DNA of 64,000 nt, from NCBI RefSeq assembly GCF_964204645.1, contig NC_134030.1:3576778-3640777 (forward strand), written 5' to 3'. Below the pieces are notes generated by a model. It made no database searches. It saw nothing but the letters and a program-made list of their open reading frames with translations, and was not told the DNA's origin. The position numbers and the translations under genes were made by a program. The stretch comes from Tubulanus polymorphus. Taxonomy: Eukaryota; Animalia; Nemertea. Of this stretch, positions 11,901-26,900 are shown piece by piece (within the stretch, counting starts at the first letter, position 1; each line of letters begins with the position of its first letter).

Positions 11901-14900
11901 TCAGAAGTAGAAAACGAAGTGGAGGATAAACCGTCCTCGGGTGTTGAAGATGCAAGCCATGGCATTGAAGACATGACTGTCAGAACTGATGATGTCAAAG
12001 GAAAAGAGAGGTCTTTATCCCCACAATCACTACCAACTAGTGTAATAGGCCGACCATTATCAAGGCAAGACTCACCAAAACCATCATCTGAGAGTGCTGA
12101 TTCGAAACCTCTCGAACAACCTGGAACGGTGAAACAAGATAAAGACATTGTAGAAGAGTTTGATAATTCAAACAATGCTCATAGTAGTGAAAATTTGATT
12201 GAGGATGTAAACAAGGATAAAAGATCACCCGAACGACCATTATCAGATTTTTTGGATGAGGCACTAAAACCTGGAAGGATGGAAAAACGCGTCAAATCTG
12301 GTTCGACACAATCTTCTGATGATGGGAAGCGTATTGATGAAATAGCAGCATCAGACAATGAGCTTCAGAATTCAATGAGTTTCAGTGAGCGAAAAAGCAG
12401 CAGGCACCAGCAGAGTCCTTCAGTATCTACAGCAAAGTCGAACAGTCCCGATGTTGCAGACCAAGATGAGTTTCAACAGGGTAAAGAAACAAAGGAGACT
12501 ATTCACTCACTGAGCAAAAATACTGATCAAATGGAGCATAGTAGGCCGCCATCCGCTGAGACCAGGTCAGAAAAAGATTCAAGAGAAAGGTCTCCTATGG
12601 AGCAATTTCACAAGTCATCACAATCAGGTAAAGTGGATGAAATTTCTCCAGATTTTGATGGACAACCTGGATATTCAGCGACACAGGATAAGCCTAGAGC
12701 TTTGACAAGTTCACCAACCGATATAGGTGGTTTTGAGAAGAGAAGTCAGTCACCAGAAACGCCAAAACAGCAACAAATTAAAGATGATTCGGATGAGGTA
12801 ACAAGACGAAAGTCTTATGAAGAAAATGATAAAGTCCAACAGAATGGGCAATTGCATAGAGAATCTGAGAGGAGTGCGGCGGGATCGACTCCATCGTTTA
12901 CTATCGGAAAACTAGTAGATGATCAAGAAATAGACGATAGCGCGGTTGCTAGGTTACCTTCAGGTGAAAGGCAAGGAAACGGTTTAAAATCTTCACCCAG
13001 AAATTCGGAAAAATTGTTATCGTCGAAGGATGGAAATTGGGATGGTTGGTTTGATAGAGAAGGGAGTGAAGAGAAAGCGATAGGTTCAGTGAATGAGGAA
13101 AAACCTATTGAATCAACTCGACCAAAAACAACTAGTGATCAAGATCACGATGACAGAGACGACGAACAAAAATCAATTAAAGGTATTGGAAGTTCTTCTG
13201 CAAGTTCGGTTCCAAGCGATGCAAATAAAGGAAGCCCTGATGAATCAGCTGATGAAGGTATAACTTTCGGTCTCCTGTGGCGATCCTCCTGCACCACCTC
13301 TACGCCTTTCTTCGAGATCAGTAGCTTTAGATTTTAAAATACTCCGTGTTTTTCTGATCATGGCTCTATTTTTATGGTTTCAGCGTGATTTTATTGAATG
13401 AATCTGTTTTTAGATTTCTAGATATTATATACGGGTTAATTTTTATTTCAGTACGGCTTTGGTCTTGCATGTTTTGCACTCTTGTCTTATCATCCTACGT
13501 ATATATACCTTGATTTGGTTTTACCTCTATGCACCCTTCATGTTTTATATTCACAACTCTCTCCTTCCCTGCGTACTTCATGTTGTTTATTTATTCTATA
13601 TTCTCGTGTATGTTTGTCACTCTCATCCATTGTTAAAACATGCAAAAAGAATTCTCTTCGAATTGAGTAACCCTGAACTCAGTATCCTGTACAGGAGAAA
13701 GCGATTAATCTCTGGATGAGAATGATTTAGAATAATTATGATCATCAATCAAGAATTCCTTGTTGTCCAGTTGCCATTGGTTACTAGCAATTGAATAGAA
13801 ATTAACTACATTTTCATTTGTGAACCAATACATCAAACAACCACTAAAAAGCATGCGCCATTTGAAAACCGGTACAGTGTAGCTTGGAAATGTATCCGAA
13901 ATCTATTGTATTATTTTGGCAAATGTTGCATGCTTGGTTGGAAATGGCTAAAAACAACTGAACTGGATTTTCAATCATGGCAAATTGCCTTTGTGTAGTG
14001 CAAGATGAGTTATTTATGAGGCAAACTCAGTCCAGTTAGCAGTTCAATCCTGCTTTTTAAGAAGTTCTTCGCTGCAGATTTTGGACTACATCTATTATTA
14101 GGAATTCAGATTAGATATACCGTTAGCTAGCGATAAAAAATTACATTACCATACTTTGTTTCTAAAGGTATGGTATGGCTGGATCGAGTAATATTAACAT
14201 GAGTCTCTTTGAATCACTTTCAGATTCAAAAAGCTTGTATAATGTTAAGGTTTTTCAAATGGTATCAGTTTGTGGATGTTTCCATTTCCAGTTGAAGTGA
14301 CCGATACTACAGAACCAATGGAAGAAAGTGTGGAACAATCCGACACTGCAACTGTTGCTGCAGCTGCCGGGGATCGAAGTGAAGTACAAAATGACGAAGA
14401 TAAAATTCATGAGAAAGGTAATCCAGCTCATATTTAAGAGTGAATAGAAAGTAGATTTATTAGGTATATTGGTTTCTTTCATATTTCAGCTTCAGATATT
14501 GAAGCTCAAGAGGTAGATGCTGTAAATGTGCAAGTAGAATCAGAATCTGCTGGTGACAATCTAAATAACAATGCAGACAATGAACCACCAGCTGCTGGTG
14601 AGTTGTATTTTCAGCGTGCATATCTTATAGTTTCATTCAAAGAAGGTTTCAAGCTGTCAATTCAATCAATAATTTCATTGAAACAGATGACGTCGTGCCT
14701 GATGAGCCAGATACAGAAATCGGGCAACATCAGACTGAAGAACCTGAACAACAAAATGTAGCAGAAGTCGAACAACTGCCTGCAGAAGAGGTTGATCAAC
14801 AAGAGACTGAAGTAAAACAGGCTGCTGAGGCTGCTGATGAAAAGGAAACAAAAGATGGTGAAGAGAAAGAAGAAGATGAAGCTGCTGAAGCGATACAGAA

Positions 14901-17900
14901 ACAAAGAGACGATGAAACCTCTGATAAAACTGCTGCTGATGATGAAGATGTTGATGAGACAGTTAAACCTGAAATGGATGAGAAACAGGATGCTGAGAAA
15001 GAGAAGCAAGATGACGAAGCGGCAGATGCTGAACAAGAAGAACTGGTATGTATTTATGTGATCTGTATAAATATAGAACTAAACATTTGATTTCTGATTT
15101 TTGTTGTTATTGTGTTTTTATCTAGGCTCATGAAATAGACGAGGAAGAAAACACTATACCCGAAGATTTCTATTACGATAAAAAAGATCATATTTCTAAA
15201 GCATTGATCGCTGATGAGTCGGGTCTTCCGGATGATATGATCTCATTGCTGTATCCTTTCACTATTTCCCAGTTAAGGGTTTGGATAACCCCCTAGAATT
15301 ATGAGGTCCCTTAAGAATTCCATACCCAAAAAAGTCTAATTTAACCTGGAACAACTGAAAAAGTTTCAAAACTTTTTAGTTTGACATATACAATGGATAG
15401 ATGTTTGTCGTTCACATATTTCTTTAACCCACTTTTTAAAATAGTCATTCGTTTGGTTACGATTGTACGAAGAGATCAAACTTGCATCTGTTAGATGAGA
15501 AAACAATTGTATTTGTCGCTGGTAATTACGTTGAGCTGATTGACCTGCTGACTAAAGAGCAGAGTTATATAAGGAGTACCTCAGGGGGAGGTATTGGAGC
15601 TATAGCTGTATGTATAAGTATACGTAATCTGTTTGTATTTGTACTGTTTCCAAATAATCATGTATGGTAAACCTCAACTAACTTGGAAAAACTGGGACCC
15701 GCAAAATATGGTCTGAGTTAAACAAAATGTCGAAGATCAGAAAGTACGTTAGCAAATTTGAGTTAATCAAAAGTCAAGATAGGCCATGTGTGAGTTCGGT
15801 GAGGATTAATGAATCTTCTGTGTTATAGAATGAGAATGATTTTTAAAATTCAGGTACACCCAAGTAGACAGTTTTTGGCCGTCGCTGAAAAAGGCACGGC
15901 GCCGAATATTAACATATATGAATTTCCATCGCTGAAACTGTATCGAATATTACGTGGTGGCACTGAAGCAGCTTATGCGTATGTAGATTTCAGGTACGTA
16001 CCCCATCATCTCTTAGCAGTTTTGCAATCTATTCATCTTGATACTTATTACAACTCTTAATTAAATGATAAGTTTCTCTTCTGAGCGATTATCTTAATAC
16101 AGTATATTAATCATAGTTTAAACTATATAGATTTCTCTCAGGTTGTGGGTTCTTACAGGACGGAGTTCTCTAAAGCAACGTGATCTAACAATGATCTATT
16201 TTCTATTAACTGTACTAATATCATCTCTTTGATGCTATACAACACAACGATTCAGTTGTACTGGAGATCTACTTGTTTCGGTCGGCGATGTTAAAATGGA
16301 ATACTACAAAGACCCGTGGTTCTGTCGACTATCGAGCCCAAGGTTTTAACTCTGTCTAACGAGATTGTTGCATATTATCATTACTAATCACGAGGCATGA
16401 ATTTTCCTACCAACTACTAACACGATCAATGGCTTTTGTGTATATATACTTTCATATATATTTATATCTACCTTAAATTCCTGATGGCTGTAGAATTCAC
16501 TGTTTAATACCTGTTTGATTGTCCCCCAGTTAAACTATGGAAAAAAGGTATATCGATGTTTGGTGTCAGTTACTTATGAAGATGTACTCCTAGACCTTGA
16601 AGTTTCCTGTCACTTAAACAAAAAATTGGCGTGTAAACCTTCTGTGGACTTGGAAGTTACATTGTTGCCTTGAAAACATACAAGATAGTGGACCCTTCTA
16701 AAAAGTGGCTCTCATAATGTGTTATTGTTAGAATGAATGTATGAAGTATGAAAGGTTGCGGAGGTTATATACCGGTATATATATGATACAGATAGGCACA
16801 ATTAAGTCACTAGCATGTGTTCACATAAAACCTTCAGTTTATTTAAGATACATTAAGGTTGTTTTTGATAGTAAAGAAGCATGTTTCTCGATATCAAAAG
16901 GCTATGTACACATAATATGTTTCGATGTGCGCAATGCAATGGTTTTATAATGTACCTGGTAATAGATGGAATCGGTTGAATACTGGTTCATATACATTTT
17001 GTGTTGTATGCAACATTTTGTCTTTGTCTCACAATTTGCCACTTGTGGTGTGCATGCCAAAACTGCATGGGTAAAAGAAAAGATGGCGTCTTCCTTAAAA
17101 AAGATGAATATGGTCGACTTTTGAAGTTGATATAAATCAGATTATATCCATATAAAATGTACTGGTAATGATTTGTACGTATATTTTGTAGTCCCGATGG
17201 TAAACTGCTCGCGTCAGTCGGAGGAGATCCCGATTATATGTTGACGATCTGGAACTGGAAACAGGAGCGTATTGTACTGCGATCAAAGGCGTTCTCTCAA
17301 GATGTATTCCGAGTCACATTCTCTACTGAACTGGAAGGTCAGCTTACCTCTTCCGGAACTGGTCATATCAGGTACGGTGTTATCATTATCATCCTGTGGA
17401 AAATGATTCGTCGATTTAACATCGAATTGAGTTACACGGCGTATAATCTACCTTATTTACACCAACCCTGCAGTGCGATGTATTCATTTCATCGTTAATT
17501 TGCGAAGATCTTTATTGAAAGAAGCAGTACCTGTCAATCATTGTGAATATCAGTAACTAACGATACACCCCATTATAGTTGGTATGCCTGTTATAGAATG
17601 CGCTGGGGTGGATTGTTTCCAAAATACACAAGTTATCTCAGCACTGTAAGGGTTAATATTTCTTATAACAAGAAATGCAATTTCCCACTTTTGTTACAGA
17701 TTTTGGAAGATGGCACGCACCTTTACCGGTTTGAAACTGCAAGGTCAACTGGGAAAATTCGGACGAACGGAGATCTCAGATATTGAAGGTTACGTGGAGC
17801 TACCCGACGGTAAAGTGTTATCCGGCTCCGAGTGGGGTAACATGCTACTGTGGGACGGCGGTTTGATAAAAGTTGAAATATCGCGTAAGAATCACAAACC

Positions 17901-20900
17901 GTGTCATCACGGAGCAATACAGCAGATCGTAATGGACGAAGGTGAACTGATGACTGTTGGTATCGATGGTTGTATTCGAGTAAGTTTCGCAGCAAATAGA
18001 ATCGGGGAAAACAACGAGGATTCTTCATACTCCTCGATTCCTTAGATACTACTAATTAAGTGCTCAAATTCTGGACCGACAAAATAGTACGAACCCTGTG
18101 AAATTGCGATTCATATTTAGATATTTTCCGCTGTTTCTTTTTAAGGTGTGGGATTTTGAAACGATCGATACGGCAGATGTCATCGACGAGACCGGAATTT
18201 TCGAGATGGAACCGATGAATGAATTACAAATAGGGAACGGCGACGTACATTTGAAATCAATAGTTAAATCGGTTGATCCCGATGAACCGACCATGTGGTA
18301 CGCGCAGGTAAGCCACGAACTTCTATGACCGGTAGAGACTGTTGTTGATATTAGTATTTCAGAGTTAATGAGCAAAACCCACAGTTGACGATATAACAGC
18401 TTTGATTAAACACTTGTAGATATGTCACAGGAGGTGCATGATTTCCAGTTCAACAGTTTCAAATATTAATGGCTAACTATCAAATAACTGTAGCAACTTT
18501 TATTCCGGAGTTCAAGTACTTTCCGTGCTACTTGAATCTATCTACGTATGAGTAAATCTAATTAATAATATTGGTGACTTATAAGCCTGTTGAAGGCTGG
18601 GGTATGATTTATATATATATATGTGTTTGTAAAGAAACTTATTACTACATGTCACAATAATAAGATAAATATACATACATAAACACAAATGAATGAATCA
18701 TGAACTGTAGGTTTTGCTGATTCAAGTTTATACGGTGTGAGGCGTGGTAAGAGTTCTGTGTAATATGTGTCTTAATAAGGAGTTGATTTTTTCTAGGATG
18801 CAAATGGAGGTATTTGGAAGCTGGATCTATCGTTTTCGCACACGTCGTTAGCGCCGGAGAAGATTTTGTCGTATCACGCGGGTGCGATCAGAGGTTGTGA
18901 CACGTCGCCAGTTTCTCATCTCGTCGCTACAGCCGGTGCTGATTGCACGGTTCGAGTCTATGATTATACGACGCACACACAACTGTGCGAATCGAAATAT
19001 ACATCGGGTGGAACGACTTTACTCTGGCCTCCAGAAACTGTAAGCATTTCACAAATTTGCGTAAAAACTTTGGTTTCACATCTTGACCCTTCACCCCGTC
19101 AAAAATTCCACTCTTCAAATTTTTGATTGTTAACACTTCATACGAGTTTCTGCACATCCCAAACATATGATATTTCCTTCAGGATACATTACGTGGGGCA
19201 CATATTAGAAGTTACCTTAGCTGGTAACTTCTAATATGTGCCCCGCGTAAGTATCCCTCAGAAATACAAATTTTACTCCGGAAAATTATGATTTTTAATG
19301 AAAAATGAATTACAAAGTCAGACATTAGACATTTTATGAGCACACTTTCATAAAGTGATCACCCGCACTTCAATTATGTTCAGGACTGAGACATTTTCGA
19401 TTGTAAATGAAATACTATAGCATACTTTCAAATACTGATCATCTACACTTCATTTACTTTAAAATGATGAATGTCTGAAGTGGTGGCTCATTGTAGATTG
19501 ATACCTGCATTAGATCCCAGAAATGTTTGATTGGATAGAGAAGATAAAGGAATTTTGTATTTGAATGGAGTGATTTAATTATAGAATTTCTCTGTTCGCT
19601 TCAGGTGGATCCGAAAGGAAGTTCAGTGATTGCCGGTTTTGAAGATGGCGTCGTTCGAGTTTTACGATTCCAGAAGAAGTTAGACATCGATCTCGGTAAA
19701 CGTTCTAAAGACACGAGCGAACTGGTTCTGTTCCAAGCGTTTAAACCGCATATCAAATCCGTCACTGCATTCGCTATCGATAACAGCGGCGATCTTCTAG
19801 CTACCGGGGTAAGAATAGCTATAACTATCTATCGACCATGCTGTTCTTACCTGTGTTTTCCATAACAGGTTTTAGAGTTGTTATTTCATTTTCACATCCA
19901 CCCTTCTGAAAATCAGCCACCCCTTATGAAGTATCTTCTGCCCCTACCAGAGTGGATGTCAATATTCTATCAATGCTGATAATTGCTTTGAAATGTATTG
20001 GAAGAATAGATTACACCAAAATTAAAGTTAATTTTCTGTATTTTTGGGGGATCGAAAACGTTGCTAATTCAGCAGCCAAAATGTTTTACACTTGACAATG
20101 AATGCAACCCCTTCAAAATTCCAGCATATGGAGAACATTGCTTACTGAATGAGGAAATCATATATTCCGGATTTATTTATCCTTGCAGGAAGATTCAGGG
20201 AATTCTGACTCCTTTCTTGAAAATCAGGAAAAATTCAGGAAATTTGTTCGGGGAACCCTGTTGTTAATTGAATGATGAAATCTTTGATGAAATTAGAAGA
20301 AATTATGTTATTGTTTAAGAGCTCCATTAGATGGTCTTATCAAATATTGCTTGTCTGTTGTTTTGAGCATAGTGATCGGCAATGTATGTAATTTATTCAT
20401 GTTTTCATCTGTTCTAGTCTGATGATTGCACAGTATTCTTCCTGACGGTCGGGCGACAAATGGAAGAATTTTACGATCCGATCGGTTTCGTTACGACTCC
20501 TGCACCTGTAACTCATCTTCACTGGTCACCGGGTAACTTTGTAAGTATTCAAATCAATTAACCCCTTGAAGGTTTTGGGCGTCCACAGCGGCCATTCTTT
20601 TAGGGTTTTGGACGTATATATATTGTGGTTATTTCACTCTTGCCTGACATCTGATAGAGTCTTCATTCTAAACAACGTTGCCAGCTCCGTGTAAGGTAGA
20701 GTTTTTACAATTGAAAAACAGGAATCTTGTGCGATTAATTGAAATCCTAGGAGAATGAGATCTTTTCAGAATTGAGCCGAACAGCCCGAATATCGAATCA
20801 TGACATTTTTCTAAAAATACTGTATTTTCTTCATGTATTTTGGTTACAGGATAAGAATACGCTACTGATATTCATGAATGATGGACAAGTGATGGAAATT

Positions 20901-23900
20901 GATGCACCCGAGCCGGGAAACTTTGATACAAGTAAAACGTATCAAATTACTGGATTAGCGAGTCGCCTCTTTCAGTTTAACAGCTGCAAGTCTCAACTTA
21001 GAGTAAGTTTATTCTCAATATATCACCATTATAAAAGCAAGATTCCATGGAAGACTGAAGTTAAAAAGGGAATCGAGACCACAACGTTTCTGCTCTTTCA
21101 GACTTGTATTTGAGAGTCATTTCTACTCAGTTTTCTTCCATCTTTTACTTTTTACCTTTCTATTTATTTGCAATTTCAATGTGTTGCATGTGTTTCAATT
21201 ATTTATGAGCTCAGCTACTCCCAAAAATATTGATAAACTCTCAAAATCAGAATAACTTCGAGTTCATTTTTCGATTAAACCGGCGTTTCAACCCAGCTGA
21301 GTATCTCTAAACTAGTCCAGCGAGTGCTGTGTTCGACGTTCTATAGTTGACGATGTGTTTTGTAGCACGATGAAGAAATGGCTCGTAAGAAGAAAGAAGA
21401 AGAGCAACGATTGCGTATCGAAGAGGAAGAAAGAAGAAAACGTAAAGAACGCGGCCAAATAGATTCTGATGACGAAGAGAATGAAGGTTCGTGTTCTCGT
21501 GTTCTTTCGATTGATTAACTCATAAAACAGTCATATAGCAACGAGGAGAATACCTTAGTTTTTATATCATGAAATGCCCGATGGAATCTCTTCCTATTCC
21601 TCGTATTGACTGCGGTAGTACGGTATGTTTATAAATCCTTTCTGTTTGTGCTGCTCTATCAATCCAGACTCGTCGATTTATCAGACTGAATCTTCCATTC
21701 ATTCTCTAATTACAAATACCTCGGAAGGTAAACTATCTGTACGTTTGCATAAGGCCGCTTGCTTCCATCCTTCCTTTGTCCATTTCGTCGTCACAGCCTT
21801 TGGTCTTTCCACCCCTACTCCTTAGATGTGTGGACCTTTCTACTGACTTGTAGGTGCAGCCTATTGTTTTTACGTAATCGCTTGTGACTGGTTCAGTTCA
21901 TGAGTCTAAGATTTTGTTAAATGAAATTCTTTATAGTGGCCGAAGAAAGGAAGAGGAAAAGAAAAGAGAAAGAAGAGGATTGGAGTCCGTTTATTCCCGA
22001 AGAGCCATGCGCTATACTTCATGGGTTCTACAGTACAGACAGTAACAAGTTCTGGATTTCGATGGTAAGATCATTAATAATTACAAAAAAAATCTCTGAC
22101 AATGAACTGCTGAGGTTGTTGTATCGATAAACAGTTGATTTGTTCTTGTTTTAGGATGGTTTCGATGCCGGTTATTTGTACGAATGTGAATTCGGTGCTG
22201 ATAAACCGCTTCGCGCCTTACCGGTGACTAATTCTAACGACGTCGCGATTCAAAATATGAAATTTACGTAAGTAGAGAAAACCGAATGAATATCTAAAAA
22301 CCATGAACCTAGTGTAAGTCAGATAAATGCTTTCGGAGGGAAAATATTCAGTCTCATGTCATTCTTCTCTTTTTCAAATTCTGCCAAATGTCGAATATTC
22401 TAAGTTGTGAACTCGTTGAAGTTGTACTATTTTTATGGTCCAAATAGTAATTAAAGACATATCAAAACCACTAGCTCTAAGTCGATAGCTTAAATGACTA
22501 GGACTCACTTTTGCAGTCATTATGTAAGATGACTCGATACATAGTTCTAAGATTGAGCTCTATTTGTTTCGTTAGCCGTAATTTTGATTCAAAAGTTTGA
22601 AAATTCAACTCTTTCAAAGTCAGAGTCAATTCATGTTTGACCAGAGAAAGTCTTCCAGTCCGAAAATATCTGACTTACGCATGGTTGACTGTGATTTGAA
22701 TGAATGAAACATAATTTATTGAATAAATTTGATATTCGCGCGCAGGAACGACAAGAGACAGTTGTTGATGGGTTTAAAGGATGGTTCTATTCGAGTTCAG
22801 TCTCTATCCGCTGAATCTGATGATATCGTTGATTTCGATACGTATTGGACGTTAGCTATGCACGATAATCACTACGGTACGATCGATCAACTGGCGCTCA
22901 GCTACGATAATCAGTTTCTATTCACCGTCGGCCATGACGGCAACTTCTTCACGTATTCGATGATGAGTCAGCAAGAATTAGAAGAAAAAATCGCAGCCGC
23001 GAAAGCCAAGATTCCGTCTGCACGGGTGAGTGTCGATGTAAAGTGAAATTAAATTGTATTTTAATATCGGTTCTATGCATATTTTCTAACCATTATTGGG
23101 GCTGTCACTGATCCGAAAACTTGAAAAACTCGGGGTGCAGTTCTGAGTTAAGAGTTAAATCTGAACTCACGACCGTTGAACTGCAGTGCTGGATATCAGA
23201 AAAATCTAGTCTAGAGAAAAATTGGGAAAAGGTAGACAACTTGTTTTTATTGTTGTTATCTATTGCTATAGAAACCGGATGAAATGAAAATGACGGATGA
23301 TATCGACGACCCGAGTGCGTACAGTATCGAGGACGCAAAACAGAAAGCTGAACACGATCGAATGATGAAACTCGCTGATTTGAAGAAACAAGATGTTCGT
23401 CAAACAATCGCTCAATTGCGTCATAAATTCAAAAAACTGCTTCATATGAATGACGATTTACCAGCTCATCTACAACTGACTAGACAGGTAATTGGAATCA
23501 GCCAATAGTGTGAACACTGGGCAAATGATGAAGTTTCATTACACTAGAAGCGAAGCTTGGAATCTTTTAAAAGAACCAGTCAACTATCCACTGGTTAACT
23601 CATCAACTTTTGAGCAACTGGCCCTGTCCATTGATAAGCATATAAGCATCGTTAATGCTTATCAGTTTTAATCATTAATTATCACTGTTTTTTTTAAATC
23701 AGATTGCTGGTAATTAATGTCTAGATATTTGATGAATTTAAATTTTTCAGGAATTCGAAATGGATCCTGAAATCAAGAAAGATCTCGAACGTCAAACGTC
23801 CGAAAAAATTGATATTGTTAGAAAAGAACTGGCCTGGGAGGCGGAAAAACATCGCATCGCGCTGGAAAAACTCAAACAGAAGTAAGTAATTATGTTGACT

Positions 23901-26900
23901 CATCTCTGCTCCATGATGCACGTATCTAGCCCACAATTTTTTTCTCCCTAAGATCCAAGTCTGAAGTCTTAACTTGTCGACTATAACAACCTGACCACAC
24001 CACAAACAGTACTGAAAAGAACCACAAACAAAAAGTAGATTAGGTAATCTAAAAACCTTGCCACACTGGCAACTGTGTCCACACGATTAAACCATACAAA
24101 TATGATACAATTCAAGCATGCAAATACACCAGTACATAAATATTACAATATATTCACAGGACAGTTTCAGTACACATTATTAATCCCTGCTTATACCTCT
24201 CAAGTGAGGTGACAATAACCTTAATGTTCATGTACATTATCAATGGTTTACAGGTTTAAAGATATAGTTGAATGCGATCGTATTGTGTTGAAAGCGTTCC
24301 TGACTCCGCATGAGATATGTAGCTACCGCGCGGCGAAACTATCCGATGATTTCTACCAGTTAAAAGCTGAAATGGAGCGACGTAAGACGACGATGACTAC
24401 GAGAGACGACATGAGCAGAGATCCGACTTCGATGTTGAAAGGTCGTAGGGACGTGACGGATGGCGCCGAACGGGAACGATCGGGAACTCAGAGCGACGGT
24501 CAGATTAAAACTACCCTTAAAGGCAGTATGGGCGAACGTATTAATAAGGCGCTCGCTAAAGTGGAAGAAAAGAAAAGAAAAAGAGCGCTTCGACGTTCAC
24601 AGGTAAATAACACATAAATTCATTTCATGTGAGTTAAACCGAATGCATGTATCAATCTGTAACCCTGAACCACCCCCGATCACACAATACCCTTCATATT
24701 GTCGAGTCTAGACAATCACTTTTTGTAAGTAAAATGTCTTATGTCTGGTGTTAGTCGTTAATTTCCAATCGAAAATGTCTCAGGTGAAACCCTGAACACC
24801 TATGAAATGAAGTGTGGACGACCAGTTTTTAAAAAGCGTGCTGATAAAATGTCATTAATTTCTCCGGTTTTTTCTGTTACAGTGGAATGATTTGTACGAA
24901 GGAAAACCTGATGATGATTATGAAGATCCTGCAGATGTCGCGGCTATCAAAGAAGCTCAGGAGAATATGGGAGATTATAAATTGAAAACTGCTCCTGATT
25001 ACGTCGTTCCTGATCATTTACGCATGAACGCAGAAAAAGCGCGAAATCGACTGCTTATTCTGAAAGATCTTGTAAGTTTGATAGAGGAGACTGTGTTTTA
25101 TCCAGCAGTCGATTGCCTCGGATAATCACGTGCCCCAGACAATGTATCACATATTTTCTCACTCCAAATTCATCCCTGCTCCGACTGCCCAAGAATTCAC
25201 ATACCTCAGATAGAATATGTTGGTCTCGTAAGATATGAGGCAAGCGCAGTCTACTAAAATTTGATAATATCGTTACGTTAAAATCCATTGCTTTGTAGAT
25301 CCACCATCATAAATACGAATTCAACCAGCAACTGTTGTCGTTAAGAGATAAGAAAATACGGATAATCGATGAAATAAAACAACTCGTCGATAAACTACAA
25401 GTTGTACAATCAAAATTACCAGAAACTGAACGTAGACCTGTTCCTAGTATACCGAAAATGCATCCTGATGAACTGCCTGAGAAGTAAGTCAATTCTACTC
25501 TTCATCGACTCACCCTGGTAATCTAGCTTTCTAGTATTCCATTCAGAGACATTTAGGTCAACCCACCCCAGCAATCAGTTGTTTCGGTTTTCCAGACTTA
25601 ATCAGGGTTGCCACTTACCGGTACCTGGAACTCAGGGAATTCAAGAAAACTGGGAAAATTGGGAATTTTCTTTTCTTTAAAACCCTAGAAATCAGGGAAA
25701 AGTCGTTGAGATTGTTAGATTGTGCATAAAATCAAACAGTTTCCATTTTTGACTGTGATAATTGATTGGATTCTTAGCAGATCAGTCAGAGAAAATAACG
25801 TACCTGTCAGGGAAAAATTGGGGAAAAAGCAAGTCAAATATAAGTGGCCACCCCGTTAATGTTTTGTAAATATCACCGTTCCTATTTGTAGGAAACTTGA
25901 ATATACTAAAGATATGCTGCTGAAATTCAAGAAAGAAATGGAAGAGAAAGCGTTACAAGAATTGAAAACTGGCGGCTTCGGCGCGAATCAGTTCGCGGCG
26001 CCGAAGAGAGAAGCAACAACGCCTGCTTCTCCACTTCCATTATTCAGACAACAGACGAGTGCATCAGCTCCTGCTGAAGAGAATGATGATGACGATGACG
26101 AGGATGCCGACATCGGTCCTTCTTCGCTCGAGATTCAGTTGCAGAAAGTTGAGGAAATTAAGTAAGTTTGTATGGAGTGGCACGAATCCTAGGTTCATCG
26201 AATACTGTTGGAGTTCCTCGATCGAAGGTACTTCTCCGGCTTCAATGTTTTAAATCAAAGTTGTAAAGGAGCCGAGTTGAACTGGTGTCAAATTGGTACA
26301 TGTGAAGACTGGTAGTACTGTGTAGATTCACTTGATTTTGATTAGAAATACAAGCTTACGATACTAGCTTAGTAGTAGCTTCATCAGGTGAATGAGTCAC
26401 TGGTGAAGCTTCTAGTAGCAAAAGCTTGTATTTCTAATCATACCTCGAACCTGTTAATAATTACTTGAGTGGAGTTCAGTGAGTTGAAGAATGAAAAACA
26501 TGAGTACACAATTTTTCATGCTGGCTGAATTTTGGTGACAACATATAATCAGGGTCCGATCTAAGCACTTGTCCGATTGCCTGGGTCAAGTATATTCTCA
26601 TCAGGGCAAGTAGGTTATCATTATCACTTGTCCCCCGAGCTAGTGCAATCTTATGTCACAAAACTTTCTTCCAACTCGATACAACGGATGATAGTGCCAC
26701 TAATCGGACTGCCTGTGTAGGGCAAGTAGCTTTTGGAGGGGGCAAGCAAAATTTCAGATATACTTGCCCCCCGGGCAAGTGACTTTCATTCCTTAGATCG
26801 AACCCTGTATAATGATAATGATATAAAATATACCCATGTGAGAAATTCTTGTGATGAAGTTAGTACCGTACCTTGTTTCTATAGATGTAAATGAATAATT

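Noticed and set aside
11530-15036. Minus-strand ORFs (141, 118, 124 aa) opposite CFAP44 exons
   Set aside because: Antisense shadows of low-complexity coding exons with no recognisable motifs.
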